From Torpedo marmorata (Eukaryota), in contig OZ360219.1 in NCBI GenBank assembly GCA_977017645.1, forward strand, positions 254,634,001-254,698,000: a DNA stretch of 64,000 nucleotides, given 5' to 3'. Of this stretch, positions 38,233 through 52,030 are shown piece after piece. Within the stretch, counting starts at the first letter, position 1, and each line of letters starts with the position of its first letter. The position numbers and the translations under genes were made by a program. The notes under the pieces were generated by a model, which did not search any database, was not told where the DNA came from, and saw only the letters and a list, made by a program, of their open reading frames with translations.

Positions 38233-41200
38233 AAATAAGTTTTATTTGTGGTAATTCCTTGATATAAACATTTAGGTTTTATGTACCCTTTCCATCAGTC
38301 CCACCATTTGGAAATAAAGGCTTTAAATTATACCATCTCTATACCATTGAGTATTACATTGGACGTTATGGTTTCAAATGTTCCTATTTTATAAAAAGCA
38401 AAATGGTTAGATAATTTGTCATAAAATCTTTATAACATTAAAATATACAGTAAAAAAATCCTCATGATAATTGGTATTTTGACCTATAATTCCATGAATT
38501 TATTATGGGATAATTTTTGGGGAAGTGGATCAAAGATTCATCTGCTTGGATGCATTTCCATCTTTCCAATAAAAGCATCACTTTTCTCATCCTCTGTGAT
38601 GATGTTACATTGATAAAGAATAATTAAAATTAACTAACTATTTGAATAATGGGCATCAAGGTATGTCAATGAGCCGATGGATGTATTAAAGGAAAGGTTG
38701 GTATTATGGTAGCAGATGTCAGAGAAAGGTTTGAAGCATGGACTTGCATGGGAGATCATTACGTATTCTGTTTACTTGGATGACGCTTCCCCCCACTTAC
38801 AAATTCAAATGGCAGAGCACACTCCAAATGGGGATTGTGTCAACTGGGTAGCCATTACTATATCTAAAAATTGTGATCTAATTTCTTACGACAATGTGAC
38901 CGTCCTGTTGTGATATTCCCAGGAGAAAATGCCAAATAGGGTTTAACCCTTTACCACTCTGAAAAGTATTGTAGCACCAGGGAATGGACAGAGGTTTTTG
39001 TTGTGCAAATTTTTGATATTTTATATATGCGTAATTATTAGTAACTATGCATAAACATCTTTAAATCCAAGTTAAAATGGCAGCAACGTCATTAATTGAT
39101 GGATTATGTGATAGATTAGATGATGACCTTTAACTCTCTTTCCACGACTCATAATTTTGGTAATTTATAATGGATGCAGTAAAAAGGAATCTGTACTAAT
39201 GACAGTTTAAAGTAGCACTGAAATAGATTGAGCAATGACTAAGCAGTTATAGAGATATCATCATTATGGGTTAATGATCCACAGGATCATATACCACAGA
39301 AGATAACTGGTAGCATTAAATCAGTTCTCTCAAAAGTATTAACACTTTTAACTATACTCTTTCTATTACTATTTTATGTCACCAACTTTGGTCAGTAGCT
39401 TTGAACTTTCTTTTATAGTTCCACCATTGTATCCTGTTACTACATTCATAATGATTCATGGGGATAGAAGAAAATATTTGCTCTTCTTGTAAAAATTAAG
39501 TTGGCTCCTCTGTTTTTTTCTTCCAACATTCAACTTCATTGAAGTCAATGAATCAAACATTAGAAAGTGATTGTAATCAGCCCCAATACTCATTGAACTG
39601 CTCATATCCAACAAAGTACTTCCACTCCATTCTCTTCTCCTCAACCTTTGTCTGAGTGGACCTGAATTAACTCCTTCCTTCAACTAGTATGTACAGGGAT
39701 GTTAAAATCAATACTAAGATTGCCTAATATAATTACTTTGCCTTCTCTTTCATTCTTTCCAGCCTTAATCCAGTGTTACATCATGGCATGATCTTTTAGA
39801 GGCTTTTCAATAAATAAAAGCATAGAAAATAACTTTAAAGGTCAATAAAGGAAGAAAAGTATAAGCATTGAAATCTATGTCTTGTAGCACAACAGGTCTG
39901 AGATTTGAATGAAGCAAACTAGGCGTGAATATCTACAATGAGAACTTATTATTGAAGAGTATTCTTGGATGTGGACTGCCTGACATACAATATCACAGCA
40001 CACATTTCCTTTGGCCAGGTTCACACCACTCTCAATGTCTCTCCAGGGAAGGGTGTTGGAGAGTGAAAAGAAATGGGGCCCTAGCTACAACTAGCCTCAG
40101 GTGACATGATTTGAAGTCCCACCACATGACACCCTAACAACTATTGATGGGAGGCAAAGTTAGAAGTGAAGCCTCCTGTCGAAACTGGGCTTTACTTTTG
40201 AATGTCTATATTCAGAGATATGTGCAAACCATGAGAAATGCTGAAATAATTAAAAGTAACAGAAAATTATTAAAGTAAAAATTAAGTTAATTAAAAATAT
40301 ATTTAAACACTCACTAATTAATTAAAAAAAACATTAAACTTGGCTACAGCAGGTGACTTCAAGCCCTTTTTCTGTAATCAGTTTTTCTGAGACTAATTAG
40401 CTTTCATCAATCCATTGTAGGGTTAGAATTAGGCTTTTCTACTCGAGAATACACTGATTGAAAACTACAAGGAAGCTTGGATATAGTGTTATTCACACTT
40501 CTCACAGCAAAAGAATAAATTGTAATGCATTTGACCCCAATAATATTTTGCTCTATTGTATGGTTGGATCACACAACTATCAACACCCTTTCTCTATTTC
40601 TCCCAACTCAATCGTTTTGATGGTAGCTTACCTGGCTATTGGAATTTTAGGAGCTGATCTTGCTACATTTTAAAAAAATGAGGAATACAGCGTATTTTAG
40701 ATTAAATATTTTCATCAAAGTTACTTAGAGATTCTGTGGAACTGTAAGGTGATATGGCAGTAACTTTGACCAGTGTTGCCTGTGCACACAATATGGCATT
40801 TTATTGCAGTGATGATGCTGGACCAAGGCTGTAATTCAATAAGTTCACGAGAGAGCGTGTCCTTCCAAAAAAATATGGTACTGGTTAATGGGACATTTGT
40901 ATGTTATAAAACTATTTGGTTCGATCATGGTGCTTTTCATCTAGCAGCTGTTCAAAGGCCTTTAATAAACTGCCTCCAGGAATAAACTTGAAATTACATG
41001 TACCTAACCTTCAGCTCTGCCCTGGATTCAGCACAACCAACGTGAGCTGAGGGCTGAATGTAAAGTTCATCCACTCCATCAACTTTATTCCAGGGATGGC
41101 TGACGGATGTAACATGGCCACATATCTCTGAATGGACTGCAGATCTGAATAAAAAAATTGTGTAGGTACTCCTAATTTTTCTTTATTTTATTTACTCACA

Positions 41201-43211
41201 ATGTTCTTAATTTGTTTTTAGCACTTAATGATGCCTACATGAAAAATGTTATGAATTGCTAATTATTGAAATCCCTTTGATGGTTTTTAGTATGGATGAT
41301 CATGAGGTATTTAAAAATTATTCAAAGACCTTTGACAGCAGTGGGTTTTGGATTGCCAACAGGGATCTCCAGCGGGTAATGGTGTGGGGTTGGGGAGGGA
41401 GGTTTTCAGGATCAACAACTGAGGCCATTGCTGTCAATAACCTGTTCTGTTCATGAGAATAACTCAAGGACAATTGGATCCACAGGGTCAAAAAAGTATG
41501 GTTGGCACTGACAATAGACCAGGAATCAGTGAGCCGGATTAAGCACGATCTATCTGTTCTGTTGCAATCATGCAAATTTTAGGACTTTTGAGATGTTGCA
41601 TTTTAGCAGTAAAACATATTGATAAAATGGAGTAAAATGTAATTCCTGCTGTTTACGAGGACACAGGATATCAGAATGAAAATAAGTTTATGGGCAAAGG
41701 GTCAAGTTGCAGTCTACTCTCTGTTAGAAAGTTAAATAGTTACATATATATGCCTAAAGATAACTTAGCAAAGCAATACATATGCACGCCATAACTTCAA
41801 TTCAGTCACCACTTAAATATGTTCCAACATCTAAATCCTGTAGTTTAATTTTTATTTTCATTTTAGCCTTTGGGGTAAATAATCTGCTACATAGAACAAA
41901 GAAATATAAGATGACTTGAGCATTCAAGCACAGCTTCTGATTGAAACTCTTGGTTACTTTATACAAACTTGCATGAATGCAATGTGAATGCTTTATAGTA
42001 TTTCAATGAATAAACTTTTCAAAAGCTTGGTATCCATGCACGCCTTAAACTCTTTCAACATCTTTGCAGAATCCTGTTGTTTAGAACATATTCCCTTCTC
42101 TTTGCTAAATTTATTTGATGGTGCAGATCCTGCTGGCTTCTGCTGTTGCTCACATTGAACCTGTTGATACAGAACGACTGAAAACAAAGTAAGTAATCAG
42201 AATGCCGGGGAAAAGCCGTGAAGTGCAGAGGGTTGGGATTTTCTGACAGACTTCTGGAGTCCAACAGTGAACCCCAGTCCAGCTGAAGTTCTTCAGCATT
42301 AAATTGGGGAATCACCATTGGAATGCTACACCTGGAGAGGCATGGATCTGATATCCTATTGATTTCAATAAGGATTATATGACAAAGGATTAGAGGGAAT
42401 GAGGCAAGATAAATCACTCTATAAAAACATACTTTACTTTGGTTCAATATATTTATGTGTTATATGTTTTTTTTTGTAATTTACTTCAGTTTTAATAGTT
42501 CTTTCCTCTCTGGGTGTCAGAGCTATTCAAAAACAAGTAAAATCATTGATAGTTTTAACATTTGGAAAATGCCATCAAACAGCTTGCAGGGATCAAAAGC
42601 TGTGGCGGCATTTCAGTGTAGGGTCTCCTCACTGGGTCCAACACCCTCATCAGTCAACGGGCCAGTGAGACAGACCCTCTATATGCAGCTCAGATTAGTT
42701 CAAGCACAGGCAAACTATGGGCAGTGAATCCAGCTTGGGTGGACCAGGTCAGCATGATCTGGCACAATAAATTCTTCATAAATTTTAGTCAAAGAATATT
42801 GCTCAACTTTAGGATCAGAAGAAATGCAGTGTGCACAACAATGCAGACAAAGTGAAACCGGGGGGAAAAAATCATCCTCATGGTTTGAATTTATCTCAAG
42901 TCATTTTCTTTTAAATTTTAGTCATCCATTTACCAAACTCCAAAATCTATCCAAGTACACAGTCGTCTGGTTAAGTGAATTGGCTATTCAACACACAAAA
43001 CTTAAATGACAATTATTACATTGAAAATAAGCCACTGTGGCTTTAAATGAAAATCTGTGCTACCATAGAGTGAAGACCTGTGCTCAGAGGTAAAATAAAT
43101 TGCAAAGATCCTCAACCCAGCATCTGTTCTGATAAAGTCTTGCCTCTGAAGCAGAGCAATAATCAACAAATTACATTCAGAGCCAGAACTTGGAGCAACA
43201 AAGACAACTAC

Positions 43212-43260
43212 CTCCTCTGCTCTCACTGTCCGCTGGCTTCACCTGGATCGGTCTGTTCAT
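43212..43260 (-). CDS. CELF4: Internal coding exon (49 nt) of a CELF3-6 subfamily RNA-binding protein gene, C-terminal end of RRM1; most similar to CELF4 exon 3
   Basis: Minus strand reads ttgtttcttctttgtattcacAG|ATG AAC AGA CCG ATC CAG GTG AAG CCA GCG GAC AGT GAG AGC AGA GGA G|GTagtt = MNRPIQVKPADSESRG, matching the CELF3/CELF4 peptide. It has a strong polypyrimidine acceptor. Read-through gives G-S-C-L, resembling the CELF4 extension GSSCL. The paralogue (CELF4 vs CELF3/5/6) is less certain than the family. Confidence 0.85.
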
Positions 43261-43345
43261 CTGTGAATACAAAGAAGAAACAATGGTCATTTCCAGTCCA
43301 TTATCATAAGATTACAAGTGAAGCAACCCTATAATTATCACATGG

Positions 43346-43666
43346 CATAGAACATAGAATGTTACTGTACAGTACAGGCCCTTCGGCCCTCGATGTTGTG
43401 CCAACCTATATATTCCTACCAAAAAAAATACTAAACCCTTCCTACCTCATAACGCTCTATTTTTCTTTCATCCATGTGCCTGTCTAAGAGTTTCCTAAAT
43501 GCCCCTAATGTTTCAGCCTCCACCACCATCCCTGGCAAGGCATTCCAGGCACCCACAACTCTCTGTGTGAAAAACAGAGATATCTCCCTGATGTCTCCCC
43601 TAAACTTTCATTCCTTCAATTTGTACAGATGTCCTCTGGTGTTTGTACAGACGTCCTCTGGTGTTT
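43346..43666 (-). mobile_element. Short CR1 3' end with a ~22-bp tandem duplication at its 5' junction
   Basis: Matches 10912-11196; TTGTACAGAyGTCCTCTGGTGT occurs twice at 43621-43665. Confidence 0.85.
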
Positions 43667-44559
43667 ATGAGAGTCAAAGCGTTTCCTGAATTTCTTACAG
43701 ATTGGAATTACCATTGTTATGAATACTGTATAACAGAATTTTGTGAACAAAATCAAAAGTATGGCAGCACATTGCAATTAAATATACATGCATAGATGTT
43801 TATAGACCTACGGATAGATAAATAGGGATTGTGTGAAACAATTTATATTTTACAAATAGTGTAATAACTCAAGAATCAAAAGAAAGATTGAATTGAATCA
43901 TTGTCAACACCAAGAATAGAATTTCTCTATATCAAATCATGTATTTTACTTGAATTACAAATGAGCTTATTAAGATGAAAATGCATTTTGATACAAATTT
44001 TGAATTGAATTATTGTTGAACACAAGTCATTATGTCCTTGCTCACATTCTTTCCCAGTCTCAACCATACAGTCACATGAATGAATCTGTTAAAAAACAAA
44101 GGTCAATGAGATGATATTATTTTATTTGAATTAGATAAATAGAAAGTTCAGGACTGCTGTGTCAATATCGTCCATAAAAGATACAGGTTCACAGCCACAA
44201 CTTCATATGGGTTGAAGATTATCACTGTTTGAAGTTAATTCACAAATCATAAATAAGGGAGATCTTTGGCAATGCTGGCCAGGTAGATGGTGGCTGTGCT
44301 GAGATGGAAAGGCAAAGGGCCTGATGATTTCATCATGAGCCAAGAATGTAAAACTAAGTGAAGAAAATTAGATTTGAAACAGGATCCACAATTCTTATTT
44401 TGTTTTAATATTACCATCTTTACTCAAACCCAAAGCTCAGCCAACACTACTGCTAGATGGCAAACACGTCCTTGAACTGATGTCTGGCAGCCACCTATCT
44501 TGGAGAAAGAGAGGCCCATGTTATAGTGATCACCATGTCTGTGTTGGCAGTTTGCTTTA

Positions 44560-47500
44560 GTGGTCTGCCAGTGCACAGTTTAAACAGAATACAAGTTGAA
44601 CAGAGTGCAAAAGTCAAAGATGTGTTGAAGTGTGGCAGTTTGGTTGGAAGGAGAAGGAGGTGAAGCTTAGGGTTTCCAATATTAATGCTGGTTCATTTGA
44701 GCTTCAGGCAGGTATAAATAAAAATGACACAGGGATGGCAGGGCAATTGATATGCGGTATCTGCAGATGTGGAGATTGGTAAGATCCTCATCTCCGCATC
44801 TACAATAAGGGCCTGCCTCTTGAAGAACTTTGGCTTTGGGCTGTTGAGCTCAAATCTGAGTTGAAGACATTACATTATGTCAAGGACTGGGTGAGTTACT
44901 TGGGTTAAAGGGTGACATAGGAGAACGAGCTTTGCTTCAAGAGGTGCTGGGGGAAGATGGAGCTGCTCCAGTTGGGTCAAACTAAGACAAGAGTTTTGGC
45001 ACATTAAATAACTAAGGACACAGATAATGCATTGAACTAAAGAGTTGAAGGGAGGGTTAAACTGAAGGAAAGGTTAAAACTTAAACAGTAAGAGCAAGGT
45101 AACAGGCTGGCAACATGTGTAATAATCAATGGCAAAGAGATAAAGCATATCAGAGTGGAGCAGAAAGTGCAGTCAATGTAAGGAGGTTGTAAATGTGTTA
45201 TATTAAGTGGTTATTATCTGAATCCACATGATATTCATAAAAATGATACATGCATTTCTGGCACAAATGGAAATAAATGATAGTGATGTAATAACCATTG
45301 TATAGACACATGTTATATGCAAAGAAAGTTAGGAACTTAACATTCTGGGCTATACATCCTATTCAGAAACTAATACTCCATGGGAAAAGTTATCTATCCA
45401 GGGCTAACTACAGAAATGAAGGATGAAAGCAAATTAAAAATAAATTCTTATAATTTTGCAAAGATTTGTGGTAAACTGATGGATTAAAAATATGACAATG
45501 AGAAAGGAATGTGTGCATAAACTGGCAAGAAATATAACAAATGATAAGACCTTCTCTAATGCATAAAGAGGAAGAGAGTAGCAAAGTAAATGTTGGCTCC
45601 TGAGAAGCTGAGAATGTGGATTTAATACCAGGATATAAGAAATGGCAATCACTTTAAACAAATATTGTTTATCCATCTTCACAGTAGAGGACGTTAAACC
45701 ATACAAAAAATTGTAGACAATAAAGGGCAAAAGACCAGGAGGAGCTATAATTCGTATCACTCAAAAAAGTTCATGGGACCAAAGGCTAGTAATCCCATAA
45801 TCTGATGGACTGCTCCCTACATTGGTTGTCATTTCCTAAAGCTCTCTCATTTCTGGAAAAGTTTTATGATGTTGGAAAACATCAGATATAACATCACAAT
45901 TCAAGAAGGAAATGACATACAGGAAACAATAGGTCTTTTAGCCTCACATCTGTTGAGAGAAAAATACTGGGGTCCATTAATATAGAAGCAATAACAGAGT
46001 ACTTTGGAAAAGCATGACATGATTAAGCAGAATTAAACTGGTTTTATGAAATGAGGATTCACATTTAACAAACACAGTTTTTTGAGGGCATAATTAAGCA
46101 GTTGAATAAAGGAAAATGAGAATGTACCGTATTTGAATTTCTAAACTACATTGCCTAAGGTATTATATAAAAGATTACCACACATGACAAAGATACCTGG
46201 GTTGTAAGTGACACATTATTATGGATAGGATATTACTTAATAGATAGAAAACAAAAGGTAGGCATGAGAAGGTTATTTTCAATTTGGGAAACGACAAACA
46301 CTGTAGTTGAGGATCAGTGTTGAGCCTCTATGTTAATGACTTGGATGAAAGAACCAAAGGTACAAAGGTAGGTGGGAAATCACATTATGAGGAGAACACA
46401 ACGTGTCTGCATAGGAAAATAAGTGCTTTAAGTGAGTAGACAAAGCGTAGCAGATGGAACATAATGAGAGGAAATAGGAGATGATCCACTTTTAGATTCA
46501 ATGGTGTGATATTATTAAAAGTTGGTATCCAGATAGGTAGTAATGTTAATGCCTCCTTATTCTAAGAAGTCTGACAAGATTTGGCATGTCAAAATCTGTC
46601 AAACCTCTACAGGTTCACACTGGAAAGTATACTGACTGGTTGCAGCATAACATGGTTTAGGAATCAGAGTGCCCACAAACACAGAAGGTTGCAGAAGGTA
46701 GCAAACATAGCCAAGCCTATCACAGGCTCTGATCTCTCATCCATTGAAGACATCTATGTGAGGCACAGAAAGGATATACTGGATTTGAAGGCAGAATGGA
46801 GGAGGTCCACTAGATTGATTCCAGAGATGAGGGGGTTGACCTACAAGGACCAATTGTGTCAACTGGGGCTATTGGAATTCAGGAGAATGAGAGTGGATTT
46901 TACAGAAACATAAAATTATGCAAGGAATAGATAAGATAGTGGCAGGAAAGCTGTTTCCAGTGGGAGGTGAGACTAGAACTAGGGTATATAACCTTCTGAT
47001 CCAGAGGAATAGATTTAGGACAGAGATTAGGAGGAACTTCTTTTCCTAGAGAGTAGTGAATCTGCAGAACTCTCTGCCCAAGGAAGCAGCAGAGGCTGCC
47101 TCATTAAATATATTTAAGACAGTTAGAAATAATTTTGCACAGTAGGAGTATTAAGGGTTATGGCAGGTAGGTGGAGTTGAGTCCATGGCCAGAGCAGCCA
47201 TGATCTTATTGAATGGCAGAGCAGGCTCGATGGGCCAGATCGCTGACTCCTGCTCCAATATCTTATGTTCTTATATTTTAAGAAGGAAGTTAACATCATA
47301 AGAGAGCTCCATCATTCTGTCACAACCTATTCTTGATACTCCCTTCGGGAAGAAGATACAGAAGGCCCAAAACCAGCACCTCTAGGCTTAAGAACACTTT
47401 ATTTCCAATGGCTATCAGGTTCTTTAAACTCCCCTTGACAAACTAATCATGGGCTGTTCCAACACTACAAAAGACCTGTCTACAATATTGTAATGCTTCT

Positions 47501-48370
47501 TTTGTTTCTTGCACTATGGTAACTGTGAATATTTATTATCCAAGTATCTTTTTTATTTAGAATTTTTATTTAATTTTATTTAATGTATACTATTGTAGTT
47601 TTTCTTTATGAACTACCTATTCAACTGCAGCAATTTCAGTGGATATGTGCATTGAATACTGTAATGTATATGACAATAAACTCATTATCATTATGAGAGT
47701 TTCCATTCAAGAAGCACAAAATGTCAGCATGCAGTTTTAACAAATGATCAAAGTGACAAACGAAATGTTGGTCTTAATTTTTTTACAAAGATGATGAAAT
47801 CTAAAATTAGGTAAGCCTTATTTGTACAGGGCATAAGAGAGACCACACCTACAGTGCTGCATAAGGATTTAGTCTCATTTGAGGAAGTGTATTCATGCAC
47901 TGGAGGTAGTGGAGCTAACATTGAATTAATTGATTTCAGGGATGAGGGTTGTTTTAAGAGAACAGGCTGATTATAATGGACCTTTGCTCTCTGGACTATA
48001 AAATATCTGAGGTTTGGAGAGGACTTGACAGGGTGAACACTGTGAAGATACTTCCCCTGCTGGGAGAGTTAAGAACTAGGGACATAGTCAAGGATAAAGG
48101 TTCAGTCACTGAAGGCTGTACATGATAAATTTCTTCATACAGAAGATTACGAAACTTTGGCGTACTCCACCTCAAAGAGCTGTTGATTGCTGTCAATAAA
48201 TATATCCAAGTCTGAAACACTTAGATTTTTGGACTTCAAGGGAATCACGGATTATGGGAGTTGGACAGGAAATTGGAGTTGAGCCCAAAGATCAGATCAG
48301 CTGCGATCAAAATGAGAAGCACAGCAGATGGGAGGGCTTTAACAGCAAACTGCTGCTTATTCTTATGCTG
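44560..48370 (+). mobile_element. Ancient CR1 containing an older Rex1 (~46560-47695), which contains a younger CR1 3' end (~46765-47277)
   Basis: Decayed CR1 ORF1/ORF2 motifs on both sides; Rex1 LSNLYRFTLESILTGC and (CATTAT)n tail; inner CR1 LGLLEFRRMRVDF and (CTTATG)n tail. Confidence 0.7.
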
Positions 48371-49124
48371 CCATGTCAAGGGTGAACATCAGTGACTGGA
48401 AAACGCAGACCAAATACTCTTCATACTGACATTTCCTGAACTGGGCAGTGCCAGATTGCTCGAAAAATGTCAAAAGGAGGACAGACACTTTTCTTCAAAA
48501 CCATGGGAAAATAAGAGATTTGCCATGAATCTGCTGGAAAAGCATTGGTAGATGCTGCAAAGAAGCACGAGAGGAAAATGATAAAGAATAGGTTGTTAAA
48601 AGAAATTAATAGAGTGATTGAAAAATGACACCAGATACCTGCTGTAATTTTTTAAAACACACAATTTCCTATCCACAGTTACTTTTCATTGCCATGACCT
48701 CAATGCCATAAATTGTGAATTGCCTTTCAATTAATATTTTTTATTATTTATGTGTGTCACACATTCACAGCAAAAATTACATAAGTGTCATGTTCTGAAT
48801 CTTGTTCTGCACTGATGATGAAAGAAGTGCTTTTTTATTACTTCAACTATTAGGTAACCATGGTGATACAATTTTTCAATCTGGCTCAGTATATTTCAGA
48901 GTTACAAGTAAGATGTTGAGATAAAAACAAATCGGGCTGGAGTAAAGCTGTAATTACACTAGAATGGGGATTCATCCCAGGTCTGGGAGGGATCAGCCAA
49001 ATGAAGGGAGTTTTGGAAAACAGAGGAAGAAATTTGGATAGTTTCCTCTGCTTCCTTAACAATATTCATGCTGCCCAAGTGATCCAATATGGCAGAGGTA
49101 AACAGATCCATCAATATGATATTC

Positions 49125-49690
49125 AAGTTGGCGATGTTGCTGCAGCTGCTGTAACAGCGGCGCTGCCGCTGGTGCGGACCCAGGAGGAGCGGAGATGTGT
49201 CTTCCAACGCTCCTCCGTGGGGTCTTACTGCCCGGCTGTCCTGTCTGAAGGCCCTGTACAACAAGGCTGGCAGCGGTTTTACATCAAAGACCCACGGAGG
49301 TCTGTGCCCAAGATGGCGGTGGCCATGCTCGGAAGCCCAGACCTCGAGGATTGCAAATTCCAGGGGAGCACCAGACTGGCACAGGGAAACAGAGCGGGAG
49401 AACCTCACCCCCCCTCCCTACCCCAGCCCAGAAGGAGAAGGCTGGGGGATGACCCTACAGGGTAAGGGACCACAGTGGTGGACCAGTGCGTGGTTTGGCA
49501 GCTGAAGGATCCACACTAGGATGTTGGGAACCAAGTACTGGGATTGGGACTCTGAGTGTGCTAATAGTGAGCAGGGATCTCAAAGGGCCTTATGCACTAA
49601 CAGCTTCCTAATCGCTTTGGGGATTCAAAACCTGGGGTCAAGGAGGGTGGCGGATGCCTCGAGCACAGGTTCACCACTGGAACAGAGAGA
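49125..49690 (+). mobile_element. GC-rich non-coding retroelement, copy 2 (3' end not recognisable)
   Basis: CTGCCGCTGGTGCGGACCC and GTCTGTGCCCAAGATGGC shared with copy 1. Confidence 0.7.
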
Positions 49691-51056
49691 AGTCTGTGAG
49701 ACTACGAACGTTATGGAAGAGCAGGAGATAGCGGGATCAGAGGAGGTGGCGGGAACAGAGGAACATCATATGGCTTTTGTATTTTATCAAGTCTTCTCTT
49801 CTTGCACAAACAATCCACTAGTTCAAAGGACACACAGTTGATCACTTCCTCAGTTTCTATTCAAGTTACCATGTGAGTGGCTTTCAGAAGGTGTGAGGTA
49901 ATGACTCCTATTCCAACTTCAGCTGATCCAAAGAGAAGATCTTCTCCACCCCTGTTCCACCTCACACAAGTCTGCACATACTGTATAATGATGCCTCTCC
50001 TCTGCAGATTACAAATATTCATTGGGTTCAAAACTCCTCAAAAGATTCCACTTCTTCTAAGATGAAACAGACAACCTGCCAAGAGTACAGGCATCTAATG
50101 CTTACATAATCGTGACAGGCTTGACCAGTAATACTGTAACTGTTACATACCAAGTGAATAAGTAAAGAATGATGATGTATAATTACCTTTATAAAACTGA
50201 TAGGCATGCTGATTATTTCACTCGCTGATGTTGTGAGACAGATTCTGTTAAGTAATGAATTATAATTGTCATCTGGAATATTCATTAAAATGACAGACTT
50301 TAACTCTTCATGGAGCTGGAGGTTACCATCCTGCTGGTGATAGATATTAAGGCTGCTCATTATCGATATTACTTGGCCAGTGTTCAAAATCCCACTTTCC
50401 ACAGGGTGAAACATGGTTGGTTAAGTTTATTGCCTGTGCAGGCCTTACAATCGTAATCAAGGGTGAGTCAGCAGAAATTACTGCCCACTGTTGATTTTGC
50501 TATTTTGAAATAATGATGTAGTGGTAAGCAACACTGAAATTTCCTTCCTTTCAGCAGCAAGAAAGGAAGTTTAAAACCATTCTGTCTTGCAAAGTCTCTG
50601 GATTTGTGTTCATGCTTCAATAAAACTGTGTGCCGCTCTTATCCAAAGCTGTTATCAAAGTAGGTGTAAATATGAATAAATCCTGCAATTAATATTTATG
50701 AATCAGCATAATATTTATGAATCAGCAGAGCTCATTTGTCACATCAAGTCTTATCTCTCAATCTCCCACCCTAACCCCAGAACAAAGGACTGACATAGTC
50801 CTCACATTTTTCATCGTCTCTGGTCTTCTTCAAGAAAAATCTGGTGTTACTTTATTTTCCCCACATTTGCTTCTACTCTTAAACATTGATAGTGTTCCAC
50901 CCTCAACTTCTAACTTGGTGACTCAGTTCAACAAACACAGAGGAGCTGAAACATATTTACAACACTGCAGATTGATGTTGACGAGTGTTCGGTTCATAAA
51001 GTTTGATGGAGGAAAATACTTTGAAGATAGTATTAATGTTCATTGAATGTAGCATT

Positions 51057-51670
51057 TCACACTACCCACTGTGGATCATGGATAGTATTTTCCAGTGGTT
51101 CACACTGCCCACTGTGGATCATGGATAGTATTTTCCAGTGGTTCACACTGCCCACTGTGGATCAGGGTAGACCCTCCCCAGTTGTTCAGACTGCCCACTG
51201 TGGGTCAGTGTGGACCCTCTCCAGTGGTTCACACTGCCCACTGCAAATCAGGGTTGACCATCTCCAGTGGTTCACACTGCCCACTGTGGATCATGGGTAG
51301 TACTTTCCAGTGGTTCACACTGCCCACTGTGGGTCAGGGAATGTATTTACCAGTGGTTCACACTGCCCACTGTGGATCAGGGTGGACCCTCTCCCCAGTG
51401 GTTCACTGACTACTGTGGATCAGGGTTGACTGTCCCTCCAGTATTTCACACTGCCCACTGCAGATCAGATTTCACCCTCTCCAGTGGTTCACACTGCCCA
51501 CTGTGGATCAAGGTAGACCCTCCCCAGTTGTTCACACTGCCCACTGTGGATCAGTGTGGACCCTCTCCAGTGGTTCACACTGCCCACTGCAAATCAGGGT
51601 TGACCATCTCCAGTGGTTAACACTGCCCACTGTGGATCAGTGTGGACCCTCCCCAGTGTTTCACACTACA
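51057..51670. repeat. 43-bp minisatellite, about 14 units
   Basis: Core TCCAGTGGTTCACACTGCCCACTGTGGATC at 51091, 51134, 51177, 51220, 51263 and onward, each followed by a variable ~13-nt segment. Confidence 0.95.
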
Positions 51671-51789
51671 TCCAGTCAATGTGAATTTCAAATAATCTCT
51701 CTTGGCTTAATGAAGCCTACCCATTCTGAATGGCCATGTTGCATAACATCGCTTCAGCGACTCTCACCTCCAGACTACCTCTGACTGCA

Positions 51790-52030
51790 TGGTTTCCTAC
51801 CCTCCACCCCACCAGTGGTTCGGACACCTCCAAAATTAACCCTTCTCACTGTACTGGGTACAATGTGGCAATAAACTGCTGTAAATTAGCCTGAGTGCAG
51901 GTGGGTGGCAGAAAAATCACTGGGGGAGGTGGGACAAAATAATAGATTACAGGAAATAAGTGGGGAATAGGACTGATGGGAGTGCTCTGGAGCCACAAAC
52001 TTAAAGGGCTCAATGGATTCCTTCCAAGAT
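51790..52030 (+). mobile_element. Decayed V-SINE 3' portion
   Basis: GGTTTCCT..CCAC and TGTAAATTAGCC..GTGCAGGTGGGTGGCAGAA resemble the 17575-17929 copy. Confidence 0.45.

Noticed and set aside
39560-39665. Minus-strand peptide MEWKYFVGYEQFNEYWG resembling a Myb/SANT-like transposon protein
   Set aside because: Too short, bounded by stops, no other motifs or TIRs.
42127-42188. Plus-strand exon candidate AG|ILLASAVAHIEPVDTERLKT|GTAAGT
   Set aside because: Good donor but mediocre acceptor, unrecognised peptide, antisense to the CELF gene, and no partner exons found.
51057-51670. CRISPR-like repeat/spacer appearance and the Cys/His-rich ORFs over it
   Set aside because: The variable segments are only ~13 nt, related to each other and duplicated in blocks; the context is eukaryotic with no cas genes. 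The ORFs are translations of a tandem repeat.
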